Source of the DNA: Gemmatimonadota bacterium
Lineage (GTDB): Bacteria; Gemmatimonadota; Gemmatimonadetes; Gemmatimonadales; Gemmatimonadaceae
Length of the DNA: 64,000 nucleotides
Reading direction: 5' to 3'
Assembly (NCBI GenBank): GCA_031372565.1
Contig: JANMLN010000020.1
Span: 37,484 to 101,483, forward strand
Positions 28,768-38,664 of the stretch are shown here, one piece after another. Below the pieces are notes generated by a model. That model saw only the letters and a program-made list of their open reading frames with translations. It was not told the origin of the DNA and ran no database searches. A program made the position numbers and the translations under genes. Each line of letters begins with the position of its first letter. Position 1 is the stretch's first letter.

Positions 28768-29997
28768 ATGCCGCCGAGCCGCACATCCGTCGAACGGCTG
28801 ACTCGGAGTCCGGGAATGTCCGTCGTCGCCGCAGTCCTGCTGTGCGGGTTCGCCGCGTGCCGGGCCGGTGTCCCCGCTGCGACACCGTGGCCGGTGCGCA
28901 TGGCGCTCCCGGACTCGCTGCGCACCATCCTGGCCCGCGCGCGCACCGACTCCGTCTTCCCCGGCGGCATCGCGATCATCGGCACGCGCGACTCGGTGCT
29001 CGTCACGGTGCCCGTCGGCACGCACGACTGGGCGACATCACCTGATGTCACCGACTCGACCCTCTGGGACATCGCCTCGCTCACCAAGCTCGTCGCGCTC
29101 ACCACGACGATCGCCACGCTGGTCGACGACGGCCGCCTCGCGCTGGACGATCCGGTGCGCCGCTTCGTCCCCGAGTGGCGCATCGCAGGGAGCGAAGGCG
29201 TCACGATCCGTGACCTGCTCACGCACCGCAGCGGCCTGCCGGCCTTCAAGCTCTTCTTCAAGCAAGCCGTTGGGCGCGATGCCATCCGTGCCCTGGTGCT
29301 CGCCACGCCGCTCGACACGGTACCCCGCACGCGCATGGTCTACTCAGATCTGGGCGCGATCATTCTCGGCATCGTGGTCGAGCGCATCACCGGTCAGCCC
29401 TTCGACGTGGCGGTGCAGCAGCGCATCTTCACACCGCTCGGCATGACCGACGCGCAGTTCAATCCGCCGCCAACACTCACGCCGCGCATCGCCCCCACCG
29501 AGCGCGATCCGTGGCGCGGTCGCCTGGTCCACGGCGAGGTCCACGACGAGAACGCGTACGCGCTCGGCGGCATCTCGTCGCATGCCGGGGTCTTCGCGAG
29601 CGCGCGCGACATGGTGCGCTTCGCACAGGCGTGGCTCGGCGCACCCACGGCGAACGGCGCGCCGATCATCGCCGCAACAACACGGCGCACGTTTGCCACG
29701 GTCGACGATTCAACCTTCAGCTCGCGCGCGATCGGCTGGGACACCCCAACAGGCACGAGCAGCGCCGGCACGCGCATGACGCGCCCCGCTTTCGGGCACA
29801 CCGGATTCACCGGCACGTCGCTCTGGATCGATCCGTCGCGCGACCTGTTCGTCCTGTTGTTGACCAATCGCGTCAACCCATCGCGCGAACGCAGCGGAAT
29901 CGCTGCCGTGCGCATCGCGGTGGCGGATGCGGTCGTGGCCTGGCGCGACCGGATGCTCGTTGAACGTGCGACCAGGACCGGAACAGCAACGCGGTGA
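28768..29997 (+). CDS. Serine hydrolase (beta-lactamase class C family), probable lipoprotein
   Basis: ASLTK (SxxK), LLTHRSGL, YSD, GEVHDENA, GHTGFTGT; lipobox FAAC. Confidence 0.88.
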   Translation: MPPSRTSVERLTRSPGMSVVAAVLLCGFAACRAGVPAATPWPVRMALPDSLRTILARARTDSVFPGGIAIIGTRDSVLVTVPVGTHDWATSPDVTDSTLWDIASLTKLVALTTTIATLVDDGRLALDDPVRRFVPEWRIAGSEGVTIRDLLTHRSGLPAFKLFFKQAVGRDAIRALVLATPLDTVPRTRMVYSDLGAIILGIVVERITGQPFDVAVQQRIFTPLGMTDAQFNPPPTLTPRIAPTERDPWRGRLVHGEVHDENAYALGGISSHAGVFASARDMVRFAQAWLGAPTANGAPIIAATTRRTFATVDDSTFSSRAIGWDTPTGTSSAGTRMTRPAFGHTGFTGTSLWIDPSRDLFVLLLTNRVNPSRERSGIAAVRIAVADAVVAWRDRMLVERATRTGTATR

Positions 29998-30010
29998 CGG
30001 GCGCCCGGCG

Positions 30011-30364
30011 CTACCGCGTTCCGTCCGCGTCCCAGTGGTACTTGTGCAGCACCCGGTGGATCACGGGAGCGAGCATCAGCCCCGTGATCGCGATCACCGC
30101 GAGTCCTGCATACAACGCGTACGTGCCGGCAAAGAGCTTGCCAGCGCCGGTCATGATCGGGTTCACCTGACCCATGCCGCCGAGCAGCATCGCGGCGTTG
30201 AGATAGCTGTCTGTCCAGCTGTACCCCTCGGTGAGATGGAACCCCATCACACCGATCGCCAGCGACCCCGCGATGACACCCGCCGCGACGGCACCATGGC
30301 GCACGAGCCGCTGGATGAAGAAGTGGCGACTCAGTGGCGGCTGTCGGTTGTGCTCGTACATCAT
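30011..30364 (-). CDS. Small membrane protein (two TM helices around a pore-like segment)
   Basis: YEH..QP, SLAIGVMGF, DSYLNAAMLLGGMG, GKLFAGTYALY, PVIHRVLHKYH. Confidence 0.75.
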   Translation of the reverse strand: MMYEHNRQPPLSRHFFIQRLVRHGAVAAGVIAGSLAIGVMGFHLTEGYSWTDSYLNAAMLLGGMGQVNPIMTGAGKLFAGTYALYAGLAVIAITGLMLAPVIHRVLHKYHWDADGTR

Positions 30365-30366
30365 CG

Positions 30367-30903
30367 CTACGGGTCCGCGCGCGTCCCACCACACCCGCGC
30401 ATCAGGCGTGCATCAAGCCGGACATCCACGCTGTGCGTGAGCACGACCCCGGGGTCGCCCGGTCGGCACGGCTTCTCCGTTGCGATCACCTGCAACGAAT
30501 GTCGACCGTTCCGTGTCCGCCAGCGCACCAGGCCCTGGAGCGTATCCGACTTGACACTGGGGAAGCCGAGTCCGTCGGGCGTCTTCGCCAACGTCAGCAC
30601 GATCGAGTCACGGCGAATCGCCAGCACCCAGAGCGGGCCGGCGCCGGCCGCCGAGAAGAGCGACTCTTCGGATGTCATGCGCGGTGCCTTGAGTCGCGCA
30701 CGCTGCGTCGTGTCGCGTGGAAACCGTTCGCGAAGGGTGCGGCTGTGGGGCGCACTCGGCGGCGTCTCGACGCGGGGCTTCCCCGACTGCGCGTCGCCTC
30801 GGGACGCCGACAGCATGACAAGGGCGCCGACGAGCGCCGTGCGCGCTGCGTATCGCGTCGAGCGCCGATGACCACGCGTGCGCACGTCTGGCAGATGTCG
30901 CAT
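30367..30903 (-). CDS. Hypothetical exported protein
   Basis: Fills the gap between nadE and the next gene with 2-3 nt spacing; hydrophobic N-terminal stretch; C-terminal C...RGCG. Confidence 0.5.
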   Translation of the reverse strand: MRHLPDVRTRGHRRSTRYAARTALVGALVMLSASRGDAQSGKPRVETPPSAPHSRTLRERFPRDTTQRARLKAPRMTSEESLFSAAGAGPLWVLAIRRDSIVLTLAKTPDGLGFPSVKSDTLQGLVRWRTRNGRHSLQVIATEKPCRPGDPGVVLTHSVDVRLDARLMRGCGGTRADP

Positions 30904-30906
30904 CTG

Positions 30907-32760
30907 CTAGTAATCCACCGGGCGGAGATAACTCTCTCCGATGGCCGTCGGACTCACCATCGCGTTGGCCGGCAGCCGCCGCTTCCAGTGTGTGCTTTCG
31001 AGTCGCTTCCGCACCAGTTCCACCTCGTGTGAATCGAAGCCGCGCGCACGCAGCGCGGCAGGTTCGTATCCGTGCAGGAGCCAGTTGAGAATCGTGTCGG
31101 CCTTGGCGTAACTGATGCCAAAGTCACCCTCATCCGTCTGCCCCGTGATCAGGTCGGCACTCGCCGGCTTGTGAATGATCGCATCTGGTACCCCCAAGTG
31201 CCGCGCCAGTGCCCACACCTGGGTCTTGTAGAGGTCGCCGATCGGGTTCACCGGCGGCGAATCATCGGCGTGCCAGGTGAAGTAGCCGAACAACCGTTCC
31301 GTCTTGTTCCCCGTGCCCACGGGCAGCGCGCGCAGTTTCGCACTCTGATCGAACAGCACGATCATGCGGGTGCGCGCCATCACGTTGCCGCGTCGCGCCG
31401 GATCCGCGTCGCTGTCGAGCGACAGGTAGCCATCCACCGCTGGCGAGATGTCCACCGTGTGCGCGCGAATGCCCAGCTGGTCGATCACCAACTGCGCGTG
31501 CGCGAGCGAGTCGGCGCTCGAGGTCCTGTACGGCATGCGGACGGCGTGTACACGCCCGGGTCCGAACGCCTTGGCACAGAGAAAGGCGACGACCGCCGAG
31601 TCCACGCCACCGGAGAGGCCAAGCACCGCGTCGTGGAATCCGCGCCGCGCGAACTCCTGCCGGAGAAAGCGCACCAGCCATCCTTCGAGCATCGCCGGGT
31701 CGAGCGAGAGCGAACTGGGTGTGCCGTGCTCCTCGAACGGCAGCGTGACGACGGGCAGCGCGCCCGCCGCGTCTTTCGCGGGACGTGCACGCCCGCTCCG
31801 CGCCGTGACGTCGGTGGGCGCGAGCATCGGATCGTCATCCCACAACACCGGTGGCTTCTCGAGCCCGTCCGCGTCGTCGAGCCCGCGCATGATGAACGGC
31901 AGCGCCGTGCGCAGGTCGGCCAGCATCGGCACATCCGCACGCGCGCGATCAAGATCGGCCAGGTCGAGCGTGAGCGTCAGCACCGCCTCGTCGAACACGG
32001 GCGCCCTGAGCCGCACGTCACCACGCGGTCCCACGATCGTGCTCGAGCCCTGAAACGACTTTCCGCCCTCGCTGCCCACGAGATTGGCCAACACGACAAA
32101 CACGCCGTGCTCCTCGGCGATGTCGCGCACGAGCCGCTCCCATCGCGCAACCGTCGCGGGGCCGGGAATCGCGTCATCGCGCGGCCACGCACCACGCGCG
32201 GGCGCGGCCGCGATCACCATTACCACCTGCGCCCCGTCCAACGCGGCCACCGTGCCACTCATCGAATGCCACGCATCCTCGCACACCAGCACCGCCGCGC
32301 GACCCCACCCGGTCTCGAAGGCACGGATCTCGTGGCCACGCTCGACAAACCGCTCCTCGTCGAACATCCCGTACGTGGGAAGGAAGTTCTTGCGATGCAC
32401 GTGCAGCACCTCACCACCGGGAGCCGCTCCCAGACGCACGACGAGGGCCGAGTTGTGCAGCGTGTTGCGCCACCGTTCGTAGAAGCCGATCACGACGTCG
32501 ATCACGTGCGCGCCGCGCACGGCCGCGCGATAGCGCTCGTCGAGCGCGCGGGCGAGCGCACCGGCGGTCATCGCCAGGTCGCGCACGCCACCCTCGACGA
32601 AGTAGCCCGTGGTGGTCGTTTCGGGGAAGACGAGCAGCTGGGGGCGTACCGCGAGCGCGTCCAGCTGCGCGAAGACCGCCTGCACGCGGTCCAGATTCGC
32701 GTTGATATCGCCCTTGGCCGGGGCGAACTGCGCCACGGCGACCGTCAGCGTTGGAGCCAT
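30907..32760 (-). CDS. nadE: Glutamine-dependent NAD+ synthetase (nitrilase domain plus NAD synthase)
   Basis: FPE, HRKNFLPTYGMFDEERF and CEDAW triad; LSGGVDS, GNVMAR.RM, GNKTE, KPASADL..GQTDE. Confidence 0.93.
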   Translation of the reverse strand: MAPTLTVAVAQFAPAKGDINANLDRVQAVFAQLDALAVRPQLLVFPETTTTGYFVEGGVRDLAMTAGALARALDERYRAAVRGAHVIDVVIGFYERWRNTLHNSALVVRLGAAPGGEVLHVHRKNFLPTYGMFDEERFVERGHEIRAFETGWGRAAVLVCEDAWHSMSGTVAALDGAQVVMVIAAAPARGAWPRDDAIPGPATVARWERLVRDIAEEHGVFVVLANLVGSEGGKSFQGSSTIVGPRGDVRLRAPVFDEAVLTLTLDLADLDRARADVPMLADLRTALPFIMRGLDDADGLEKPPVLWDDDPMLAPTDVTARSGRARPAKDAAGALPVVTLPFEEHGTPSSLSLDPAMLEGWLVRFLRQEFARRGFHDAVLGLSGGVDSAVVAFLCAKAFGPGRVHAVRMPYRTSSADSLAHAQLVIDQLGIRAHTVDISPAVDGYLSLDSDADPARRGNVMARTRMIVLFDQSAKLRALPVGTGNKTERLFGYFTWHADDSPPVNPIGDLYKTQVWALARHLGVPDAIIHKPASADLITGQTDEGDFGISYAKADTILNWLLHGYEPAALRARGFDSHEVELVRKRLESTHWKRRLPANAMVSPTAIGESYLRPVDY

Positions 32761-32793
32761 GTCGAAAGCTCGCTGGCGGGCACCAAACGAACA

Positions 32794-32831
32794 ACGCCCC
32801 GGTGCTCCCACGATCGGGAACACCGGGGCGT
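32794..32831 (-). terminator. Probable intrinsic terminator
   Basis: acgccccggtg...caccggggcgt inverted repeat followed on the minus strand by tgttcgttt, just downstream of 32872-33153. Confidence 0.6.
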
Positions 32832-32871
32832 CCGTCACCCCACCCAAAGCGGGGAGCGACCGCTACCTACG

Positions 32872-33153
32872 TTACGCGCCCGGAGGCAGGTACCCGCGCG
32901 AACGCCGCGCCCCGGAGGCCACCCCGGTGCCAACGCCGGCGCCAAGGCAGATGGCGGTGGCGGCGGTGACCAGCGGCAACGGCGTCAGCAGCATGCCGAC
33001 CCCGAACGCAGCGAGCCCGGCAAACCAGGCGGCGCTCGGCTTCTGCACGGCGTCGACGAACTTGAGCCGCGAGGCCGTGTAATCACGGGCCAGCGAGTGG
33101 CCGAACATGCCGGCGGCGGCGGTGATGGCGAGCGAGATGAGGCCGGTAATCAT
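32872..33153 (-). CDS. Small hypothetical membrane protein
   Basis: Three hydrophobic segments; purine-rich RBS-like sequence upstream. Confidence 0.7.
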   Translation of the reverse strand: MITGLISLAITAAAGMFGHSLARDYTASRLKFVDAVQKPSAAWFAGLAAFGVGMLLTPLPLVTAATAICLGAGVGTGVASGARRSRGYLPPGA

Positions 33154-33266
33154 GGTGCCCCCTCCGGGGGTCGTGGGACAGCTCTCCCTACGGCACCACG
33201 ACCGCGGCGGTTTCGCCGCGTGCGAGACGCGCTCCCCGGCCGCGGGTGGCTAGTTTCCACTCCGCC

Positions 33267-35318
33267 ATGACACGCCGCACCACCCTTTCGCTCCTCGCCG
33301 GCTGCGCCCTTGCTGCGACGCCCGCGTTCATCCGCGCGCAGGCGACCGCAGGCGCTCCTGCCCAGCCGCCCTCCACCGGCGAAGCCTGGCAGATCATTCC
33401 GCTCCCGCAGTCGTCGCTCGTCTACGCCCGCGACGGCTCGCTGATCGGTGAGATCGGCAAGCAGTGGCGCACCTCGGTCAGCCTCGCCACCGTCCCCAAG
33501 CACGTCGGCCAGGCGTTCATCGCCGTCGAGGACCGTCGCTTCTACAATCACGACGGGGTCGACGTCGTCGGCATTGCCAGCGCGATCAAGGGCAAGATCC
33601 TCGGCCAGAACCGCGGCGGTGCCAGCACCATCACGCAGCAGCTGGTCGGCAACATGCACCCCGACCTGATCAGTCGTCGCGACATGTCGTTCGGTCGCAA
33701 GCTCAAGGAGCAGTCGGCCGCGCGCGAGATGGAGCGTCACTACACCAAGGAGCAGATCCTCGAAGGGTACCTGAACACGATCAACTTCGGGCATGGGTGG
33801 TACGGCATCGAAGCGGCGGCACGCCATTACTTCGGCAAGAACGCCGCACGGTTGACCATCGCCGAAGCGGCGTCGCTGGCCGCCATGCCCAAGGCACCAG
33901 CGACGTACGATCCTGCGGCCAAACCGGGGCTCAACCTCCGCCGTCGCAACATCATCCTCGAGCTCATGGCGGAGCAGGGGTTCATCCCGCAAGTCGAGGC
34001 GGATCGGCTCAAGGGGACGCCGGTCGTGACGGTGCCCAACGGTGGCATGAGTGCGCCGTCACCGTACTTCATCGACGTCGCGCGCAAGCAGGCCGAACGC
34101 GCCGGCGTGCCGGTCATGAACGGCGGCTACCGCGTGTACACGACGCTCGATCCCTCGATCCAGCGCGCGGCGGTCGCGGCGGTGGTCGAGGGCACCCTCG
34201 CCATCGAGGGCGGTGCCAAGTACACGCGCGCCAAGCGCGAAGCGGGCAGCGGCAAGACCGACTACCTGCAAGCGATGGCGATTGCCATGGATGCCTCCAC
34301 GGGTGACGTGCGCGCCCTCGTCGGCGGGCGCAATTACGCCGAAGGGCCGTTCAATCGTGCGGTCGATGGTCTGCGGCAGCCCGGGTCGAGCATCAAGCCG
34401 TTCGTGTACGCAGCCGCCATGGCGGGCGCGCGCATGACGCCGCTCGATATCGTGGGCGACACGGCCATCACGCTCACCTTCGCGGGGAGTCCGCCCTACT
34501 CCCCCAAGAACGCCGACGGCGAGTTCCTCGGCCTCATCCCGCTCCGCGAAGCGCTCGCCAAGTCGCGGAACCCGGTGGCCGTGCAGCTCTTCGAGAAGGC
34601 GGGCGCCGACTCCGTGGTCGCGCTGGTCAAGCGTGCCGGTATTGACGCGCCGATGGCGCCGTACCCCTCGAGCGCGCTGGGTGCGAGCGCCGTGCAGCCC
34701 CTCGACATGGTTGCGGCCTACTCCACCTTCGCGAACCTCGGCACGCCGGTGCGCCCGCGCTTCGTGCAGCGCGTCGACGATGCGCGCGGTCGCACGGTCT
34801 GGAGCCCCGCACGCGTGTCGCTGCCACCGGCCATGGATTCCGCGGTCGCGTACGTGGTCCGCGACATGATGCGTGACGTGGTCGACCGCGGCACGGGCGG
34901 TGCCGTGCGCCGCTACGTGGGACCCCAGGTGCCGGTCGCCGGCAAGACGGGCACCACGGACAACAACACCGACGTCTGGTTCGTCGGCATGACCCCCGAC
35001 ATGGTGGGTGCGGTCTGGCTCGGCTTCGATCGCCCCAAGACGATCGCCCGCGGAGCCGCGGGTGGTACGCTCGCCGCACCGATCTGGGGACGGATGATGG
35101 CCGCGGCCGGGCGCGGCTCGCGCGATTGGTCGGTTCCCCCCTCGATGGTCGCGCCGGGCACCTATGACCGCGAGACGCGCGAACTCGCCACCGACGCCAC
35201 GCCGCCCGAGCGCCGCTACACGGAGTACTTCCTGCCGGGCACGCAACCGCGCGCGGTGGCGCTCGAGAACTGGAAGAAGTGGCGCTATCCGCTGGACGAG
35301 ACGCCGCACTTTCCATAG
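33267..35318 (+). CDS. Class A penicillin-binding protein (PBP1A family)
   Basis: EDRRFY.H.G, GASTITQQL, RKLKE; transpeptidase motifs SSIK, SRN, KTGT. Confidence 0.93.
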   Translation: MTRRTTLSLLAGCALAATPAFIRAQATAGAPAQPPSTGEAWQIIPLPQSSLVYARDGSLIGEIGKQWRTSVSLATVPKHVGQAFIAVEDRRFYNHDGVDVVGIASAIKGKILGQNRGGASTITQQLVGNMHPDLISRRDMSFGRKLKEQSAAREMERHYTKEQILEGYLNTINFGHGWYGIEAAARHYFGKNAARLTIAEAASLAAMPKAPATYDPAAKPGLNLRRRNIILELMAEQGFIPQVEADRLKGTPVVTVPNGGMSAPSPYFIDVARKQAERAGVPVMNGGYRVYTTLDPSIQRAAVAAVVEGTLAIEGGAKYTRAKREAGSGKTDYLQAMAIAMDASTGDVRALVGGRNYAEGPFNRAVDGLRQPGSSIKPFVYAAAMAGARMTPLDIVGDTAITLTFAGSPPYSPKNADGEFLGLIPLREALAKSRNPVAVQLFEKAGADSVVALVKRAGIDAPMAPYPSSALGASAVQPLDMVAAYSTFANLGTPVRPRFVQRVDDARGRTVWSPARVSLPPAMDSAVAYVVRDMMRDVVDRGTGGAVRRYVGPQVPVAGKTGTTDNNTDVWFVGMTPDMVGAVWLGFDRPKTIARGAAGGTLAAPIWGRMMAAAGRGSRDWSVPPSMVAPGTYDRETRELATDATPPERRYTEYFLPGTQPRAVALENWKKWRYPLDETPHFP

Positions 35319-35409
35319 ACGTCGCGAAACGTCACGTCGGTGCCGAGCAAGCCGCGCATGGAATCGAGCATCTCGAACTCTAACCTGCCCCGCCTGCTCG
35401 ATGACGACG

Positions 35410-38400
35410 CTAGGCGCCCAGCTTGTTGCGCAACTGTTCCGCCCGCGCCCGCGCCGCCTTCACTCGCGGCTGAAACTCCGCGTCGGCGTCGCTCCACAGT
35501 CGCGTGAACGCATCGTACGCTTCGAGTGCGCGCTTCGCGTCGCCCTTGGCATCATAGAGCTCGGCGAGTCGCTTGAGCGACGCCGCCAGGAAGCGCGGGT
35601 CGACGCGCACACGGTTCAAGTCCGGTGAGCGGCGATACCGATCCAGCACGGCGATCGCCGAGTCGGTCTGACCGGCCAGGTCGTACGTGAAGCCGATGTA
35701 CGGAAGGGCGCACGACGTGCACCCGCCGACGTCGCCCTTGCGCATCTCGGCGATCGCCTCGGCGTACTTGCCCTCGGCGGCGAGAATGGCGCCAAACGTC
35801 ATCGTGCGGTCGTTCCGTTCTGCCCGCAACGTCACCGAGTCCTTGATCACGGCATCGTGTTCGGCGATGAGCGCGCGTGCGAGGCCGGGGCGCCCGAGGA
35901 TCGTCTGCGTCGCGGCGAGCGCGTAGTACGGGCGGCGCGCCGGCTCGAGGCTCGACAACGGCGACGCCGCAAGCGCGACATCGAGGCGTCGCCGCGCCCC
36001 CGCCGTGTCGGCGCGGAACCAGACATCGTCGAGGGCGAAGCCGGCCGCCGTGTCGATGGCGGTGAACTTCATGCCGAGCTGGGTCGCGATCCGGAGCGTT
36101 TCGCGCGTGCGAGCCGCGGCAGCACCAAGCCGGCCACGTGCCTGATCGAGCGACGTCCGGAACTGTTCGATAGTCGCCTCGTTCTCCGGCGTGCGCGCCA
36201 TCGTCTTCTCGAAGGCGCTCAGCGTGGCGGCCGCGCTGTCGTACTGTCCATCGATGAACTGCAGTCCCGTGAGCTGCGCGGTCAACACGATCGCGGTGGG
36301 AATCCGCTTGCGTCCTTCCAACAGGGTGTTCCGCGCCTCGCCCAGCTTGCCTTGCGCCGCCAGCGCAGCGGCCAGGTTGGACCACGTCTGCGCGCGGCTC
36401 GAGTCCTGTGCCAGTTGGCGCCGCAGCGTGCTCTCGGCGGCCCCCGGCTGGCGCTGGTCCAGCAACACGACGGCCGAGTTGTTGAGGGCAATCAGGTTCT
36501 GTGGATCGAGCGCCAACGCGGCTCGGTAGGCGGACAGCGACTTCTCCGGGTCATTGGCGACGTTCATGTAGTACGTCGCTTCGGTCAGGTACTTCTCGAG
36601 CTCGGGCAAACGCGTGCCGTACGCGAGCGCGCGCGTGATGAGCTTGTCGCCGCGCGGCCGGTCGATGCCGTAGTTGCTCAACACGATGCCAAGCTTGCGA
36701 TAGGCCATGGCAAAGGTCGTGTCGAGCTTGATGGCGGCCTCGAGATGGCCGATCGCCTCGCGCACGTCGCCCCGCCGTTCGATGATCTGCACCCCCGTGG
36801 CGTACTCCTTGAGCGCATCGAGCGACGCCGTCGTGACCTGCTCGAGGGGCGGGTCGCTCCGCAGCTCGCGCAGCGACTCCCCGATCCGCTCGCGCATCTT
36901 CTTCGAGAGCCGGTCGATCGCGGGGATCAGCTGCGCACCGTCGGCGGCGCTCTCCCGGAACGCGGCCAGCTCGTTGCCGCTCGACGCATCGGTCAGCCGC
37001 GCGATCACGAGGTACGCGGTGCCGACCTGCTGGACTTCGCCGCTGATGATCGCCTTGATGCCGAGTCGTTGGGCGACCTCGCGCGCGAGCGACGTGTCGA
37101 GGCGCGCGGCGCTCGTGCGCTGCATGCGCTGCAGCGTCAGCCGGATCGTGCCGTCCTGCGTCAGCGTCACGACCTTCGACTGGCGCAGGTCCGTGCGGAG
37201 GGCTTCGGTCACGACGTCCGCGAGCGACGAGTCCGTGCCACGCGATGAGAAGTCCGCCACGAGGATCTGCTCGTGGTCGCGCAGCTTGCCCGCGGCCATG
37301 AGCGACGCCCCCGGTCCGATCCCCAGCGTGCGCAGCACGATGAAGCCCGACACGAAGAGGCCATACGCGACCAACGACCCGGCGCTGGCCACCGCGGCCT
37401 GCCGCCAGGTCGGCCGAATCTTCGGGGCCGGTGTTCCGCGCGGCGTCACCGTGTTGGCGGCGGCGCGATGCCGCCACGCCGTCACCGCGAACAGCGGAAG
37501 GCCGAGCACCAACAGCGCGGCCGCGCCCGTGAACACCCAGTCGGGCAGCGCGAACAGCAGCACGGCGACGCGCGCCATGCCGGCCGTCAGCGCCGCCGCC
37601 GTCAGATAGAGCCCGATGGCCCGCCGCGCGGTGCCCCCCTTGGGCTCCGACGACGCGAGCGGCCCGAGCAGCACCGTGGTCAGCCGCGCCCGGCCGGAGA
37701 TCGATCCGGACGACGTCACGTGGTCCAACGCCGTCACGACGGCGTCGGCGGTCTGCGGCCGATCGTCCGGATTCTTCTGCAGGCACGACATCACCAGCGC
37801 CACGAGCTCCGCCGGCAGGTCGCCGCGCATCTCGTCGAGCGGCACCGGCACTTCCATCAGCTGTGCGACAAGCAGTTCCTGCGCCGGGCGCCCGTGGAAC
37901 GGCGGCTGGCCCACGAGCATCTCGTACGCCATGATGCCGAACGCGTAGATGTCCGCGCGGTGGTCCACCCCAGGATCGGCAGCCGCCTGCTCGGGCGCCA
38001 TGTACATCGGCGTCCCCAGCGCGATGCCCATCTGCGTGAGCGCACCGTCGCCTGAGGGCGCGGCCGCCGCTTCGCGGATCGCCTTGGCCACGCCGAAGTC
38101 GGTCACGGTGGCGGAGCCGCCCGAGAGCAGCACGTTGTCCGGCTTGATGTCGCGGTGCACCACGCCCTCGGAGTGGGCATACGCCAGCGCCGACGCAACG
38201 TCACGCAGCAAGCGCACCGCTTCAGCCGTACCCAACCGGCCGCCCGAGCGCAGCTTCTGCCGCAGCCCCTCGCCCTTCACGTACGGCATCGTGAAGAACG
38301 GGACGCCGTCGATCTCGCCCGCGTTCAACCGCGGCACGATGTGCGGATGCTGCAAGCGCGCGGCGGTCATGATCTCGCGCTTGAACCGCTCGACGCTCAC

Positions 38401-38562
38401 CCCCGCGATATCGGTGGGGAGCACCTTGACCACGACCTCGCGGCCCAGTGCGTTCTCGCGCGCCACGAAGACGCGCGACATGCCGCCACCGCCGAGTTCC
38501 GTGTCGAGCGTGTAGGCGGAGCCGAGGGCTCGCTGCAACTGGTCGCGGAGATCCGTCGTCAC
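35410..38562 (-). CDS. Ser/Thr protein kinase with TM segments, TolB-N/FlgO-like domain and TPR repeats
   Basis: GGGGMS, VVKV, HRDIKPDN, DFG, APE, D.YAFG, then TM helices and TPRs. Confidence 0.92.
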   Translation of the reverse strand: MTTDLRDQLQRALGSAYTLDTELGGGGMSRVFVARENALGREVVVKVLPTDIAGVSVERFKREIMTAARLQHPHIVPRLNAGEIDGVPFFTMPYVKGEGLRQKLRSGGRLGTAEAVRLLRDVASALAYAHSEGVVHRDIKPDNVLLSGGSATVTDFGVAKAIREAAAAPSGDGALTQMGIALGTPMYMAPEQAAADPGVDHRADIYAFGIMAYEMLVGQPPFHGRPAQELLVAQLMEVPVPLDEMRGDLPAELVALVMSCLQKNPDDRPQTADAVVTALDHVTSSGSISGRARLTTVLLGPLASSEPKGGTARRAIGLYLTAAALTAGMARVAVLLFALPDWVFTGAAALLVLGLPLFAVTAWRHRAAANTVTPRGTPAPKIRPTWRQAAVASAGSLVAYGLFVSGFIVLRTLGIGPGASLMAAGKLRDHEQILVADFSSRGTDSSLADVVTEALRTDLRQSKVVTLTQDGTIRLTLQRMQRTSAARLDTSLAREVAQRLGIKAIISGEVQQVGTAYLVIARLTDASSGNELAAFRESAADGAQLIPAIDRLSKKMRERIGESLRELRSDPPLEQVTTASLDALKEYATGVQIIERRGDVREAIGHLEAAIKLDTTFAMAYRKLGIVLSNYGIDRPRGDKLITRALAYGTRLPELEKYLTEATYYMNVANDPEKSLSAYRAALALDPQNLIALNNSAVVLLDQRQPGAAESTLRRQLAQDSSRAQTWSNLAAALAAQGKLGEARNTLLEGRKRIPTAIVLTAQLTGLQFIDGQYDSAAATLSAFEKTMARTPENEATIEQFRTSLDQARGRLGAAAARTRETLRIATQLGMKFTAIDTAAGFALDDVWFRADTAGARRRLDVALAASPLSSLEPARRPYYALAATQTILGRPGLARALIAEHDAVIKDSVTLRAERNDRTMTFGAILAAEGKYAEAIAEMRKGDVGGCTSCALPYIGFTYDLAGQTDSAIAVLDRYRRSPDLNRVRVDPRFLAASLKRLAELYDAKGDAKRALEAYDAFTRLWSDADAEFQPRVKAARARAEQLRNKLGA

Positions 38563-38579
38563 GCCCGAATCTTACCGAC

Positions 38580-38658
38580 GTCGTGCTCGAAGCGAAGGAC
38601 CTGCTCACCCCCTCCAAACGGGCGGGAGACGCAGCGCCTTCGCTTCGATCAGGACGAC
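38580..38658. repeat. REP-like palindrome, degenerate copy
   Basis: cgaagcgaagg/ccttcgcttcg stem; 38588-38605 is identical to 55777-55794. Confidence 0.7.
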
Positions 38659-38664
38659 ACCGGC